A DNA stretch of 63,878 nucleotides, filler included, from Welwitschia mirabilis (lineage: Eukaryota), in the NCBI GenBank assembly GCA_051453625.1. It is 4 parts of one record of this genome, joined end to end, with 100 filler letters (N's around TTAATTAATTAA, not from the genome) between each part and the next. Parts side by side here need not be neighbours in the genome. Positions count along the whole stretch, not along the records: positions 27,813 to 43,413 come from JBOZIK010000001.1; positions 43,514 to 59,431 come from JBOZIK010000001.1; 2 more parts are not named here. One strand, given 5' to 3'. Below the pieces are notes generated by a model. The model saw nothing but the letters and a program-made list of their open reading frames with translations, was not told where the DNA came from and made no database searches. This document shows positions 40,601 through 53,128 of this stretch, in pieces. A program made the position numbers and the translations under genes. Position 1 is the stretch's first letter; each line of letters starts with the position of its first letter.

Positions 40601-42604
40601 TAAACTATGTAAATAGCTAAAAAAACTAGTTAATTAAACTATTAAAATTACTAAGTCAGATTGTATCATCTCTAGTTATGGAGCTGCCACTAATGGTGAG
40701 ATGAAAAAAGATTAGAAAGAAGATTAAGTAATTAAGAATGCTTATGTGCTAGTACAAAATCTTCCTTTTTAATAGTGATGAGAGATAAAAGGAATGTGCC
40801 ATGCTAGTGTAATAACCTCTTTTAATGAAGAGGCTAGATATAAGTTGGAATACAAATTGATTTTCTATATAACTATTATCATCATCTTTATTAAAGGGAT
40901 TTTGTAAGTAATAAAATGAAATAGATGGATTTAAAGTTCTTAAAAAGGTTATCTATATTGAATAATGTTTTGATACTCTGTTAACATCTATGAAATAAAA
41001 TCACCTTCAAAGATATGCATGTGAACTAGAGTAGAGAAGTTGAAGGAAATTGATACACAAAGTTTAATTAACCCTTTTTGGAAAAGAGGAATCTTAAATT
41101 TTTTTAATAAGTTCATGATTAGTTTAACATCCTTGAGAGTTCTATTTTTATATTGTAATGCTTGTACCATGTATTTTTAAAAGTAGCATCTATCCTAGTG
41201 TGAGTATAAATCTAATGAAAAGTTCTAAATGATATAGAGTAACATAATAAAGATGTTCATCTAAGAAAGTAGAATATAGCTACAAATGACATGAACTTTG
41301 TATAAATGAATGAGGTGTTTTTTTTTAAATTATTTACCATCTTCCATTCAAAGAATATGTTCAGGAGGTCCTCTAAATCTACTAGTTGAAAAGGATACTC
41401 AAGTGTACCAAATATAAGATCATGAATTCTTCTTCATGATATCCATAAAATGTCTATGATTATAAATAGAGTTGCTCCAAACTTTATTTAAGGTAATTTT
41501 TAGGATGATATTATAGATAAAGGATACTTTTACATTTGCATCAAATAGGCCTATAATCTTTATATACTAGAGTAGCTTCTAGTAAAGATAGTAGCTTTTA
41601 AGACTAAATAATTTATGTTACAAAGTTAAAAAGTGAGTAAAGTCCATTAACCTAAATTTCTTATTCTTTAAAGACTATTTTATTCTTAAATTTAACTTCA
41701 AAATTGAGAGCTTCATTGCTTTATTTANNNNNNNNNNNNNNNNNNNNNNNNNNNNNNNNNNNNNNNNNNNNNNNNNNNNNNNNNNNNNNNNNNNNNNNNN
41801 NNNNNNNNNNNNNNNNNNNNNNNNNNNNNNNNNNNNNNNNNNNNNNNNNNNNNNNNNNNNNNNNNNNNNNNNNNNNNNNNNNNNNNNNNNNNNNNNNNNN
41901 NNNNNNNNNNNNNNNNNNNNNNNNNNNNNNNNNNNNNNNNNNNNNNNNNNNNNNNNNNNNNNNNNNNNNNNNNNNNNNNNNNNNNNNNNNNNNNNNNNNN
42001 NNNNNNNNNNNNNNNNNNNNNNNNNNNNNNNNNNNNNNNNNNNNNNNNNNNNNNNNNNNNNNNNNNNNNNNNNNNNNNNNNNNNNNNNNNNNNNNNNNNN
42101 NNNNNNNNNNNNNNNNNNNNNNNNNNNNNNNNNNNNNNNNNNNNNNNNNNNNNNNNNNNNNNNNNNNNNNNNNNNNNNNNNNNNNNNNNNNNNNNNNNNN
42201 NNNNNNNNNNNNNNNNNNNNNNNNNNNNNNNNNNNNNNNNNNNNNNNNNNNNNNNNNNNNNNNNNNNNNNNNNNNNNNNNNNNNNNNNNNNNNNNNNNNN
42301 NNNNNNNNNNNNNNNNNNNNNNNNNNNNNNNNNNNNNNNNNNNNNNNNNNNNNNNNNNNNNNNNNNNNNNNNNNNNNNNNNNNNNNNNATTATAAGATTT
42401 TAGTAATATCTAGTCCACTGAGTTAAAATAATCATGATTAAGATAAAAGAATGTCTAAGAAATTCGTAAGAAATTCAATAATGTTTATGACACATTTTTA
42501 TTAAATATTTATCATGTAAACTAAACATTAATTTATGGAAGATTTAAAAGTTTAGATATTTAATTAAAAAAGACTTAGCTTGAATTCAAAAATGTATGTG
42601 AAAT

Positions 42605-43019
42605 TGTTGCGACACCAACTTAAGTGTATTTGATAGGATATTTTGAGTTGTTTTGCATATAAACTAATAAATAAATGCCTAGTTCCTATAACAATTGAGA
42701 ATCCAAAAACACAAGATGAAAACATGCAGTTTATCAAATAATTCATGAAGATTTCATATAGATATGAATAAATTGTATTTTCAGATGATTACCCCTACAA
42801 ACAACCAGATATCACACTGACAAAGGATGAGTAGAAGACTGTCGTCCCTCATGTCATCTAGACAATAATCAGGACGATAACCCTAATTGGAAAGATGACA
42901 GACTTAATTCCAGATAGCTTACAGATGAAGTGAATATCTTTTCATCGGACTCCATCGTCCACCTCATCATCTAGATGACACTAGTAGATAACATCTCCAA
43001 TATCAGTCGATAACAGTTT
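42605..43019 (+). repeat. 5' part of Athila-like LTR
   Basis: Starts TGTTGCGACACCAACTTAAG; homologous to 27637-27712 and to the reverse complement of 12500-12895. Confidence 0.78.
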
Positions 43020-43119
43020 NNNNNNNNNNNNNNNNNNNNNNNNNNNNNNNNNNNNNNNNNNNNNNNNNNNNNNNNNNNNNNNNNNNNNNNNNNNNNNNNN
43101 NNNNNNNNNNNNNNNNNNN

Positions 43120-43413
43120 TTATAAAGTATTATAAATAGTTTATACTTGGGCATTTATAAGTGGTTATATTGGATTTACCCAATCTTAAGACATTCCCAC
43201 ATCTATGGACTATATTTTCAGGAAGATACCTTGTTTCTTGTGTTGTTTTTTTTACAATGGTAGCTAAATCTTAAGTTATCAAGGAGTGTTCTTTCCTATC
43301 ATTTACTTTACTTATTCACTTTGGTCTTCTTAAGTATATGACCCTGTGGAAATTATTACTCTTTTTGTTTAAAAAAAAGAAAAAAAAGAAAAAAAGAAAA
43401 AGCATGATGTCCT
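43120..43413 (+). mobile_element. Athila-like post-integrase non-coding fragment
   Basis: Reverse-complement homologue of 20540-20785 (ttatacttgggcattt, cccaatcttaagacattccc). Confidence 0.7.
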
Positions 43414-43513
43414 NNNNNNNNNNNNNNNNNNNNNNNNNNNNNNNNNNNNNNNNNNNNTTAATTAATTAANNNNNNNNNNNNNNNNNNNNNNNNNNNNNNN
43501 NNNNNNNNNNNNN

Positions 43514-46500
43514 ATCTAAAAAATAACGAAAATTTCTATGTAAATAGTAGAAATGGAATTTTAAATGCAATTCAATAATACAGATCTATAGGAGAATGAC
43601 GTAACGAATAGATTATACATTAAAAAGGATTCAGAAGGGCAATTGTAGTGGATAGATTGAAAATAGTCAAACATTTTTTGATGTTGAATAGGTAATACAA
43701 ATGAAATAGAATAATGCACTTTACTAGAATTGAATCAAGTATAATTGCAAGTGGTCTAGGAATGCTTGAAAAATATTTGAATGCAATCAAAACCTTGTTA
43801 ATGAAATTAACATTACATAAAATTTGAACCTGAAAATTTATAGATGAAGAATCAGATTTGGGACAGGCATTGATGCCAAGATTTAATAGGTAAGAACTAG
43901 TTCTAGAATTGGTTTTTTTTTAATTGGTTATTCTTTGATTTGATAAAAGCAGAGATGTAGCACTTTCAAAGCTATAATAATCTAGAGTTTGGCAGCACTT
44001 TGGCAATGCTTATTTTATCCTATCTACATTTTTGCTATCTATTAATATTTGTTGTCAAACTATAATCATTTTAATTCTCTCCTTCTTTTAATGTCTCAAG
44101 GATCACACCTTCTATCTTTCTCTCCACCTCTTTGATATAATAATTTTATTACATATTTACAATTGAGTGAAACTCAGAAATAGATGGGTCTTTCGAAAAG
44201 TTTAGGTCTATATCACATATAAATAGGAAATAATGAGATTACATTAACAAAATAGCAAGTGGGTGTCTTCAAAAACACTGCTATTAAGATACATGCTGTT
44301 GTAGATATCTTCATTCTAAATAACAATAGTATATAGTCAAAGAATTAAGAAATCATCAAATCTATTTGAAGGAAGGAAAGCCATGATCTTCACTCTTACA
44401 CATCAAAATTTCTTTCTTAGAATTCACATTTTCTCTTTAACATATTACAGTATTCAACATCTAAGCCTCTATTAGTGCTAGGTGATAGTATGAATCATTG
44501 CATCAAATTTTTGAAGTCTCAAGAGTGAATTAAGGAATCTCATATGGTGCTTTTACAAAAACCTTAGGTTTCACATTGTCTTAGTCACTTCACTAAAAGT
44601 TAAGTAATGGGCAATGTTTTTAAAGTAATAAAGTTCTTTCTTGTAATTCAAATGTACGCACAAACATTGTCCATCACTTGACCTTTAGTGAAGTGACTAA
44701 GAAAAACTGACATTTGAGGTTTCTACAAGAGTGCCATATGAGTCCCCTTAATTCACTCTTAAGATTATAGAGTTGATGTGGTAATTCGCAATGCTATCTA
44801 ACATCAATAGAGACTTAAACATTAAGTACTATAACATGTGAAAAATAAAATGTAAATTTCATGACAGAAGTATTGATGTATGAAAGTGAAGATCATGGCT
44901 TTGCTTCCTTCAAAGAGTGATCAGAAAGTCAGAATAGGATTACCTTTATATATAGATTTAATGATTTATTAATTCTTTAATTATAGACTATTATTATTAT
45001 TCAGAATGTAGATACTTGCAATAGCTTGTAGCTCAGCAACAGTGTTTTTTAAGGATACCCATTTTCTCTTTTTTTATGTAACCTCATAACTTCCTATTCA
45101 GATGTGATATAGATTTGAACTTTTTGGAGGAGCCATCTATTTTTGAGTTTTATTCAAGTATAAATATTCAAAAAAATCATCAAATCTTTAAGGATACCGC
45201 TTTTCTGTTTTTTAATATAACCTCATAACTTCCTATTCAGATGTGATATAGGTTTGAACTTTTTGGAGGATCCATCTATTTTTGAGTTTTATTCAAGTAT
45301 AAATATTCAAAAAAATCATCAAATCTTTAAGGATACCCCTTTTCTGTTTTTTAATATAACCTCATAACTTCCTATTCAGATGTGATATAGATTTGAACTT
45401 TTTGGAGGGACCATCTATTTTTGAGTTTTATTCAAGTATAAATATTCAAAAAAATCATCAAATCTTTAAGGATACCCCTTTTCTGTTNNNNNNNNNNNNN
45501 NNNNNNNNNNNNNNNNNNNNNNNNNNNNNNNNNNNNNNNNNNNNNNNNNNNNNNNNNNNNNNNNNNNNNNNNNNNNNNNNNNNNNNNNNNNNNNNNTAAG
45601 GATACCCCTTTTCTGTTTTTTAATATAACCTCATAACTTCCTATTCATATGTGATATAGATTTGAACTTTTTGAAGGAGCCATCTATTTTTGAGTTTTAT
45701 TCAAGTATAAATATTAAAAAAAGTCATCAAATCTTTAAGGATACCCCTTTTCTGTTTTTTAATATAACCTCATAACTTCCTATTCATATGTGATATAGAT
45801 TTGAACTTTTTGNNNNNNNNNNNNNNNNNNNNNNNNNNNNNNNNNNNNNNNNNNNNNNNNNNNNNNNNNNNNNNNNNNNNNNNNNNNNNNNNNNNNNNNN
45901 NNNNNNNNNNNNTAAGGATACCCCTTTTCTGTTTTTTAATATAACCTCATAACTTCCTATTCATATGTGATATAGATTTGAACTTTTTGGAGGATCCATC
46001 TATTTTTGAGTTTTACTCAAGTCTAAATATTCAAAAAAAATTCATCAAATCAAAGAGGTGTAAAGAAAGAAGGCATCGCCATTAAGATCTTAAAAGGAGA
46101 ATAGAACAAAAAAGATTTGTAGGCTAGCAACAAAAATCAACAGAGAGAAGAAACGTGGAGAGGACAAAATAAAAGTTCTTAGAGCACTACCAAATTCTAC
46201 ACTATGATTGCTTTGAAAGTGCTACATTTATGTTTCTCTTAGATAAAAGAACAACCAATTGTTAAAGAAAAGCAAGTGTAGATCTAGTTCTTATCTATCA
46301 AATATTGGCACCAATCCCTATCTCAAATCTGATTCATTGTTCATCTGTAAATTTCTAGATTCAATTTTTATGTAATGTGCATTTCATTAATGAAGTTTTG
46401 ATTTCATTCAAATGTTTTTTGAGCATTTCTAAGTCACCTACAATTCATAGTTAACTCACATTTGGTAAAGTGCATTATTCTATTTCATATTGACTTCCTA

Positions 46501-46630
46501 TCTAATGTCAAAAAACTTTTGACTATTTTTAATCTATATGTTATACTTATCCTTTTGGAACATACTTTTAATTTTAATATTAAGTCTTTTTTAGAAGGCA
46601 TTTGAAAATTTATTTCTACTTAATCTATAA
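43514..46630. repeat. Large imperfect inverted repeat centred at ~44640
   Basis: Matching pairs: cttagtcacttcactaaa (44580) with tttagtgaagtgactaag (44684); gaaggaaagccatgatcttcact with agtgaagatcatggctttgcttccttc; tgtagcactttcaaagc with gctttgaaagtgctaca. Confidence 0.85.
45051..46051 (+). repeat. 139-bp tandem array
   Basis: Unit starts aaggatacc at 45051, 45190, 45329, 45468 (period 139), and again at 45598, 45737, 45914 across two gaps; copies near-identical. Confidence 0.92.
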
Positions 46631-46739
46631 ATTAATTTCTTGTTCACCTTTGTTGTTTGCTTTTGAATAAAGTTAAATTGCTTCATTAATTATTTTTTAA
46701 ATCATATAATATTTTGTTTTTAAATAATTACAGAAACAT

Positions 46740-49700
46740 TGAGCTCCATGTGGATTATTGGGTTTCCAACTAAATGCTTAGATTTCATCAAAACCAATAA
46801 TTCTTCTATAATTATTTTTCATAACAGAATTTTTTCCTACTCATGAGGTTTGTGAAAATGATTAATTAACACTTGGTACACAGGCTTATATAAATCTAAA
46901 GAAATGTTAGAATCAATGACATAAACTAATTCAAAGATAGTGGCCTTAATTATTTTGTAATAACGAATTTGGTCAGTCCATAATGTAAATTTGAGTTTAT
47001 TTTGCCAGTCACAATGATTCCCTTTAATACATCTTTTCAATGTTACATTGATCTTTTTATTTGTAGACTCTGCTAAGCCATTACCTTATGGATAATAATT
47101 GGATGATTTCTAGATAAGAATCTTATGTTTGATAGTCTGGTCAAGGAATTGAGGGGAAATAAAAGCTGGTTCATTATCATAAGCTAATATCTCTAGAATT
47201 CTAAACTGAGTTGGAATGAAATATTTAAAAAATTCAATCACTTCCTTAGATGTATAATATGTTAGGAATTTTAATTCTAACCATATAGTAAAGTAATTTG
47301 CCATAGTTATGATAAACCTATAGTCTCGATATGATAGTTGATATATCATGCCAATGAAATCTAATCCCCACATATTGAAAGGAGTACATTAAAAAGAAAG
47401 CTTTAATGGCACTACTACTTAGGATAGCATAGAAGCATGAGATTGAAATTTGTAACATTATGAGATGATGTCAATGCAAACCTTATGAATTAAAGGCCAA
47501 TAATAACCTTTTATGGTGATATGAATTGTCATTACTATTGGATTTTCATAGAATAATTCCCAATGGTTATGGAAATCATTAAGAACATTAACTATTTTTT
47601 AGTGTAACAAACATTTGAGGAATACTCCTCTAAAATCAATTTGATATAGAAATAATCTTGAATTTCTATAATTTTTGTAGAAAATCTATTTTTGCCAAAA
47701 TATCTTTAAAAGCCAACTAACTTCCCATTTTCACATAATTATAAACATCAAAATATTAGCAGTCATCTTCTATAATCTGCTTTTGATTATGAACAAGTTA
47801 AATATTATTGTAAAATGAGAATTTTTATTGTTTTTGAACTAATTATCTCGAAGTTGAAATGTTGCAACTTTGCCAACTATCAAAAGAATTATATTCAAAT
47901 CAACATAAGATTTGAAATGTTGATCTAATTGGTTGTATTTCAACTGTGCCTCTTTAAGCATAATACTAAAAAAGAAATGGAAAAGTCTTTCTATTTTCCT
48001 TCTAAATAGATATAGATGCAATTGAATCACAGAAAGCAAAAGCATATAAGAAAAAATAGTTAGTAAAATCTGGAGCTAACAAAATAGGGGCTTGAGTAAT
48101 GGATCTAATAATAGATAAGAATGTATGATATGCTTCCAAAGTCTTCTTAACAGAATGGCATTGCTTTAGCATCTATTGTAAGGGCTTAGTTGCTTTGTGA
48201 ATTTAGGTATGAATTTCTTGATAAAGTTAATCTTCCCAAAAAAGAACCTTAAATATTTCTTTGAATTAGGAAATTCTAATCAACTAATATCTTTCATCCT
48301 TAAACTATTAATTATTGCTTCAATTATTGAAATAAAATGTATAAGTATGATGCTATATTCTAAATTAAATAATCTTCTTTAGGTTAAGAGTATTTTTGAA
48401 ATCTATGCAATGATAAAAAATTGTTCGAAGGTGCTAGATATGATTGGCCATCCTGTGCGAATACACTATAATATTGTCTAAATAAATTACTACAAAATGA
48501 TTGATAATGCTTACGAGATATTTTACATGACTCTTTAAAAAGTTTTTCTAGCATGCAACAATTTGAAAGGCATTTTTTATAGGTGAATTTTCCCCATTTT
48601 GTGGTCATGGCCATCTTAATCTAATCTTATTTTTGCATCAATATCTAATTACATCCTGAGAATCCATCTAAAAACAAATAGGTTTCACAACCTAAAACTC
48701 TTTGAATTATTTTATTAATTCTAAGTAATGTAGAAGCTTGATTTAAATTCCTGAAATCAACATAAAGCTAGAGGTTACCATTATTTTTACACACTAGGAT
48801 AAGATTTTCTAATCATGTGATACATTTGATAGGATATATTATGCTTAATTAGGTAATCTGTTTCAGCTATTCATGCATAGTAGACTCCATCATGGAATTG
48901 ATAGTCATTAATTTTTAAACAAACTATTTAAACTTAGGTATCAATGGAATCATATGGGTCATAACCTTAGGGTTAAAGGTCTTGAGATCTTTATACAATC
49001 AAGAAAAAACATTCATATCTTCTTGTAATAATTCAATTAAAAGACCTCAAAATGTTAGAAGTTGAAAATACTGACACTAACTCCTTTTTAATCTTATGAA
49101 TCATTAGATGGATTTGCCTTAGTTATGTTAGTGAAGATTTGTGGTTGAATCTCTTAAGAGCTCTTGAAGTTTTTTAAAATAAATTGTACTCAAGGTCTAG
49201 TATATGTTTTCAAATCGTATTTGAAATTGACGGTGATGAAGAACCTTCATATAAATTAACCTCATCATGATCCAGATTTTGTTAACTATTGATTTGTAAA
49301 AATGTCTTAGTTATTGAGAAATTAGTACATGTGATATTTTAAATTGAAAACTTGTGGGTGCAAATTAATGTTAAAAACTAAAGGTTCAAAATATTCTAAA
49401 ATTACCTCAAGGTAAGAATTTATATCTCAATTAGCATTTGAAAATACCTATTGAGATAAGTTATGATTCTTCAGATTTTCTTCTTGAGAAACTATCATAA
49501 GGTTGAGAGCTAGAAATTTATCTAAAGATTGATAAATGATATAGTAATATGCTCTTAATAACTTATTATTGATTGTATATTCATCCTTAAGATATTTAAT
49601 ACGTTAATAATTACCAAAAATCCAAAGGAAATCTATCCCTCTAGCAAGTGTAAACTTAAGACTAAGGCATAGGGCTTCATATTCAACTACATTATAATGG

Positions 49701-49950
49701 TAAGAATGGATGAAAGATCTAGCAAACCAAGGTTCAAGGAAAACTCCACTATCAGAACCCTATTGTAAGTGGGCTTCATTAAAATTTAATATCCATATCT
49801 TAGATAGAGAAGATATTGATATGATCTCAAACTCATAAACCTCTCCAGAGATAGTGCATATACCCTTGAATGAATTAATTTATTTAACCACAAGATTTAT
49901 ACCATCAAATGTAATATAGTGTTTCATATAATGATCATTATAAATTAATA
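46740..49950 (-). pseudogene. Tat-like gypsy pol relic (PR region, RT, RH, INT)
   Basis: RT LYVDFRNLNQAS, FLDGFSGCN, TTKWGKFTY; INT WGLDFIG...FIITMANYFT, YYP*GNGLAESTNKKI, W..KLKFTLWTD. The integrase motifs resemble Tat-clade more than Athila copies. Confidence 0.8.
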
Positions 49951-51369
49951 TCTTATTTAGTCTTTGTTCCTAAGTGATCCATATTGTAAAATATTTATAG
50001 TTAAATATCCATTATGAGTCCTCATTCAATTTCTATGTAAAACTAGTAGTTTCATAATACAATCTAAAATTGCAGTATAATAAGGAAAAAAAACAACGAT
50101 TTTGATTCTTCAAGTGTATCTATATATTCATGAGCTAATAAGAGATTTCTTAATTTTCCTTTGTATTTCATCAACTTTAAGTCAAGTGTTACCTCATCTA
50201 TACAATATGTATCCAAGACACTACATATATTTCTAACCTATGTCGTACTCATTTTTTATCACAGTCACATGTCTTTTAAGATTTTAGTTCTTATTTAATA
50301 ACAACCTATGTGCATTTCATCCATGTAACTAACGCTCATTCTTGTATTTAGATCTAATTTATGATATGTTTTTTTAATACTCTCTAATGTGATAGGGTCT
50401 TACTCATACTAATCAAACCTCATCAATGTAGTTGGATTAAGTTTTCCAACAACTTGCTTTATTAGATCTTTGTCCATGTTTATTAAGCCTCCTTCAAGTA
50501 TCAAGATCTAATCTTTAATTACATTTTATATGCCTAAACCATTTTAATATATATGCATTTATTAATTTTATGCTATTTCATAATTCTAAGAGTACCTTAT
50601 ATTCATTAGCTTTTCATTCATGGATTAATGCAAAAATAAACTAAATGTTATATTTTGTTCTCATCACATCATGTAACAAGTAATTAGCCTTTCTTTTATA
50701 ATAAATACAAAGCATAGAAAATGGAAAGAAGTATAAAAATATTAGGGTATTATAGTTATATACATGACCCAATGCTAAAGAGAATATAAAACAATATGAG
50801 GGGAAATAATCATAAGATAGTTATAACCAAGTCTATAAATAGTTTAGAAGGTTATATTCTCATTTCAAAATGATGAAAAATAGAGGAGATATAACAAATA
50901 ATAGGTAATGTGCTCAACATTGTTCAAGTAATAAGAAAAAAAATTAATTTGGTACAAGAAAAAAGGTGTCAACATTCTTTAAATATTTTAACTTAATTAT
51001 TCATTATTCTATTCCTAAAATATTATTTTAACATTATAGGAAATAAATAAATATTTATAATATCATGTTGTAATAGTAATTTATAAATTTAAAAGATATA
51101 AATCTATGTTACCAAATATCAACAAGATATATATAAAGTTTACATTTTATATATATAGATATATAAAATGCATAATTGGTTTTAACATGTGTCCTTTTGA
51201 AATTTAAATTGCATCATTAATATTGAAGTTTACTTATTCATGGTTATTGTTTCCAACATTTAATTTCTAAAATGCTTAATTGGTGTTATAATGTAATAAA
51301 GTTATAATCTTTACATAAAATTTGTTTCTTTATAATAAAATTAATATAAAGCCAATAGGGTGGTAGTCG

Positions 51370-52180
51370 AAGGAGATGGTTATAGACAACTCTTGTGAAT
51401 TGTTTTTCAACCAATAGTTTTATGGTTCTGTTTTTTATAGCCCTAGATTAGCAAATAAACATTACACCAAAACAAGAGGATTTTCAAAATAGCTCTTACT
51501 AGAAGAATTTAAGGTAAAACATTAAACATAGTATGATATTATGATTTTTGAAGTTAGATTGGTGCTATTGGAGGTCAAAACTTTTTGTTGGTTTGTAGCT
51601 TATGTTTAAAGTCTTTTAAATTCCGTTATTAATTACTTTTCTAAAAGGATATTCCACATCACTCAAGCAAAAAGTTGGTTTTATAACGAAAAGATTTGGT
51701 GTCAAAATGGTACATTCAAGAACAAGGTTTTCATTGTTATCCTAAACAATTTCAAAAAGTTCTAAAACAGAAAGCACTTCAAAGGATTTAGAAAAACATG
51801 GATAGAAATGACAATTTTGTTGAAACAATATTAAAGGAGGCATTTCTACAAAGGAAACTTGTTTAAGTCCTACTATCCCTTCCTCTATGGATTTAGATTA
51901 ATAGTATAACAATAAGATGTCATTATTTCAAACTTGAAACAAGTAGACGGTTTCAAGTTTCTCCAAAACAATATATGTGTTGACTTTGTAACTGGAATAT
52001 TGTCGAAGATGAATGCCATGTTTTTCTTAAATGTCCTTCAACAGAAAACATACAAAATAAATGGAACAAAAGAGCCTATAAGTTGGTTGAATTATTTCAA
52101 GTTTTACCAGAACTCTAAGTCCCTTTATAGATCACATCTTTCAAGCTCATGCCATGTACATTCTTTTGTGCAATAGATCC
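51370..52180 (+). mobile_element. 5'-truncated LINE relic (ORF2 C-terminus with CCHC zinc knuckle)
   Basis: Reads ...YDIMIFEVRLVLLEV...KSWFYNEKIW...HYFKLETSRRFQVSPKQYMC*LCNWNIVEDECHVFLKCPSTENI, matching the LINE ORF2 HxLxxETGR...CxxC...EDExH...CP tail. Confidence 0.72.
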
Positions 52181-52904
52181 CTAACGTTTCATGGATATAA
52201 TAATAGAAAAGTTTTCAGTTTTAGTTTCATCATTAAGGAAATATTGTAAGGGATATTGTAATAGACATGAAAATGTATATGACAACTAATAGAATGCAAA
52301 GATAGTGTTAGTATAATACATAATAAAATATTAAATTCTAAACTCAATCGATAATATATTGTATAACATTAAATGTACAAATGGTAAGAGGTTTCATTAC
52401 CCATTGGTTTAAGTGTCAGCTGGAATGAATGTCGGAGACATTTGTTACTTTTCTATAGTGATAAAAAAAGATCTATGACATCTTTAGGGGTTGGATACCA
52501 AGAAAATTGACTTACAACATCTCTACTAACTCGTTAAGTCGGCATTTAAGCATTCACGAAGTTTTCTGTACAAATTTGTCTCCTCTTCCGTACAATTTTA
52601 TAACGGAGGTACCTTTGCTGATATTTTTTACAACGCAGGAAATATGAAGCATCGACGGTGGAGATCTGAAATCCTTCAAGATTCCCACTTATATTTCCAG
52701 TAGGAATAACATACAGACAATCGAGAAGTAACCTTGCTAAACGCCTTGTGTACACCTGTCCAATTGGAAACCTTTATTAAGATCTATTTGGCATAAAAAA
52801 CCTGGTACACAGCATAGACCCGTCTATTCTGACTTTCGTACACTAAAACACCAATAAATCTCTCTGTACGTAAAGCACAATTCCGCAAGAGAAATCGCTC
52901 GTTG

Positions 52905-52957
52905 TTTCTGGTAGCTTCCGCCTACATAAAATGGGCGCGAACACTCGAGAACGTTCT
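52905..52957 (+). promoter_or_regulatory. Heat-shock elements
   Basis: cGAAc-aCTCg-aGAAc-gTTCt at 52938-52957 (four pentamers, one mismatch) and tTTCt-gGtAg-cTTCc at 52905-52919, upstream of the TATA box. Confidence 0.78.
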
Positions 52958-53028
52958 GGGCCGCATCCAGATTACAAATACATGTATCATTCAGAGTCAT
53001 TTACTCACTGCACAATCCGAAATCTTTC

Positions 53029-53035
53029 TATAAAA
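53029..53035 (+). promoter_or_regulatory. TATA box of sHSP gene
   Basis: TATAAAA 100 nt upstream of the ATG and ~70 nt downstream of the HSE. Confidence 0.75.
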
Positions 53036-53128
53036 CGCTGAAGTTCTTCAAATCCCTCAAAATCTTCTCCAATCCGACAACTTAAAGAGCGTCTTCTCGT
53101 GCAAAATTTTGGACACGGATAGGAATCC

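Noticed and set aside
39200..41727. Possible DNA-transposon or other coding relic
   Set aside because: No diagnostic motif or termini could be read by eye; left unclassified.
38443..42426. Long ORFs spanning N runs (also 57936-58924)
   Set aside because: Composed of ambiguous bases.
45051..46051. CRISPR-like array
   Set aside because: No unique spacers, eukaryotic context, no cas genes; it is a plain tandem repeat.
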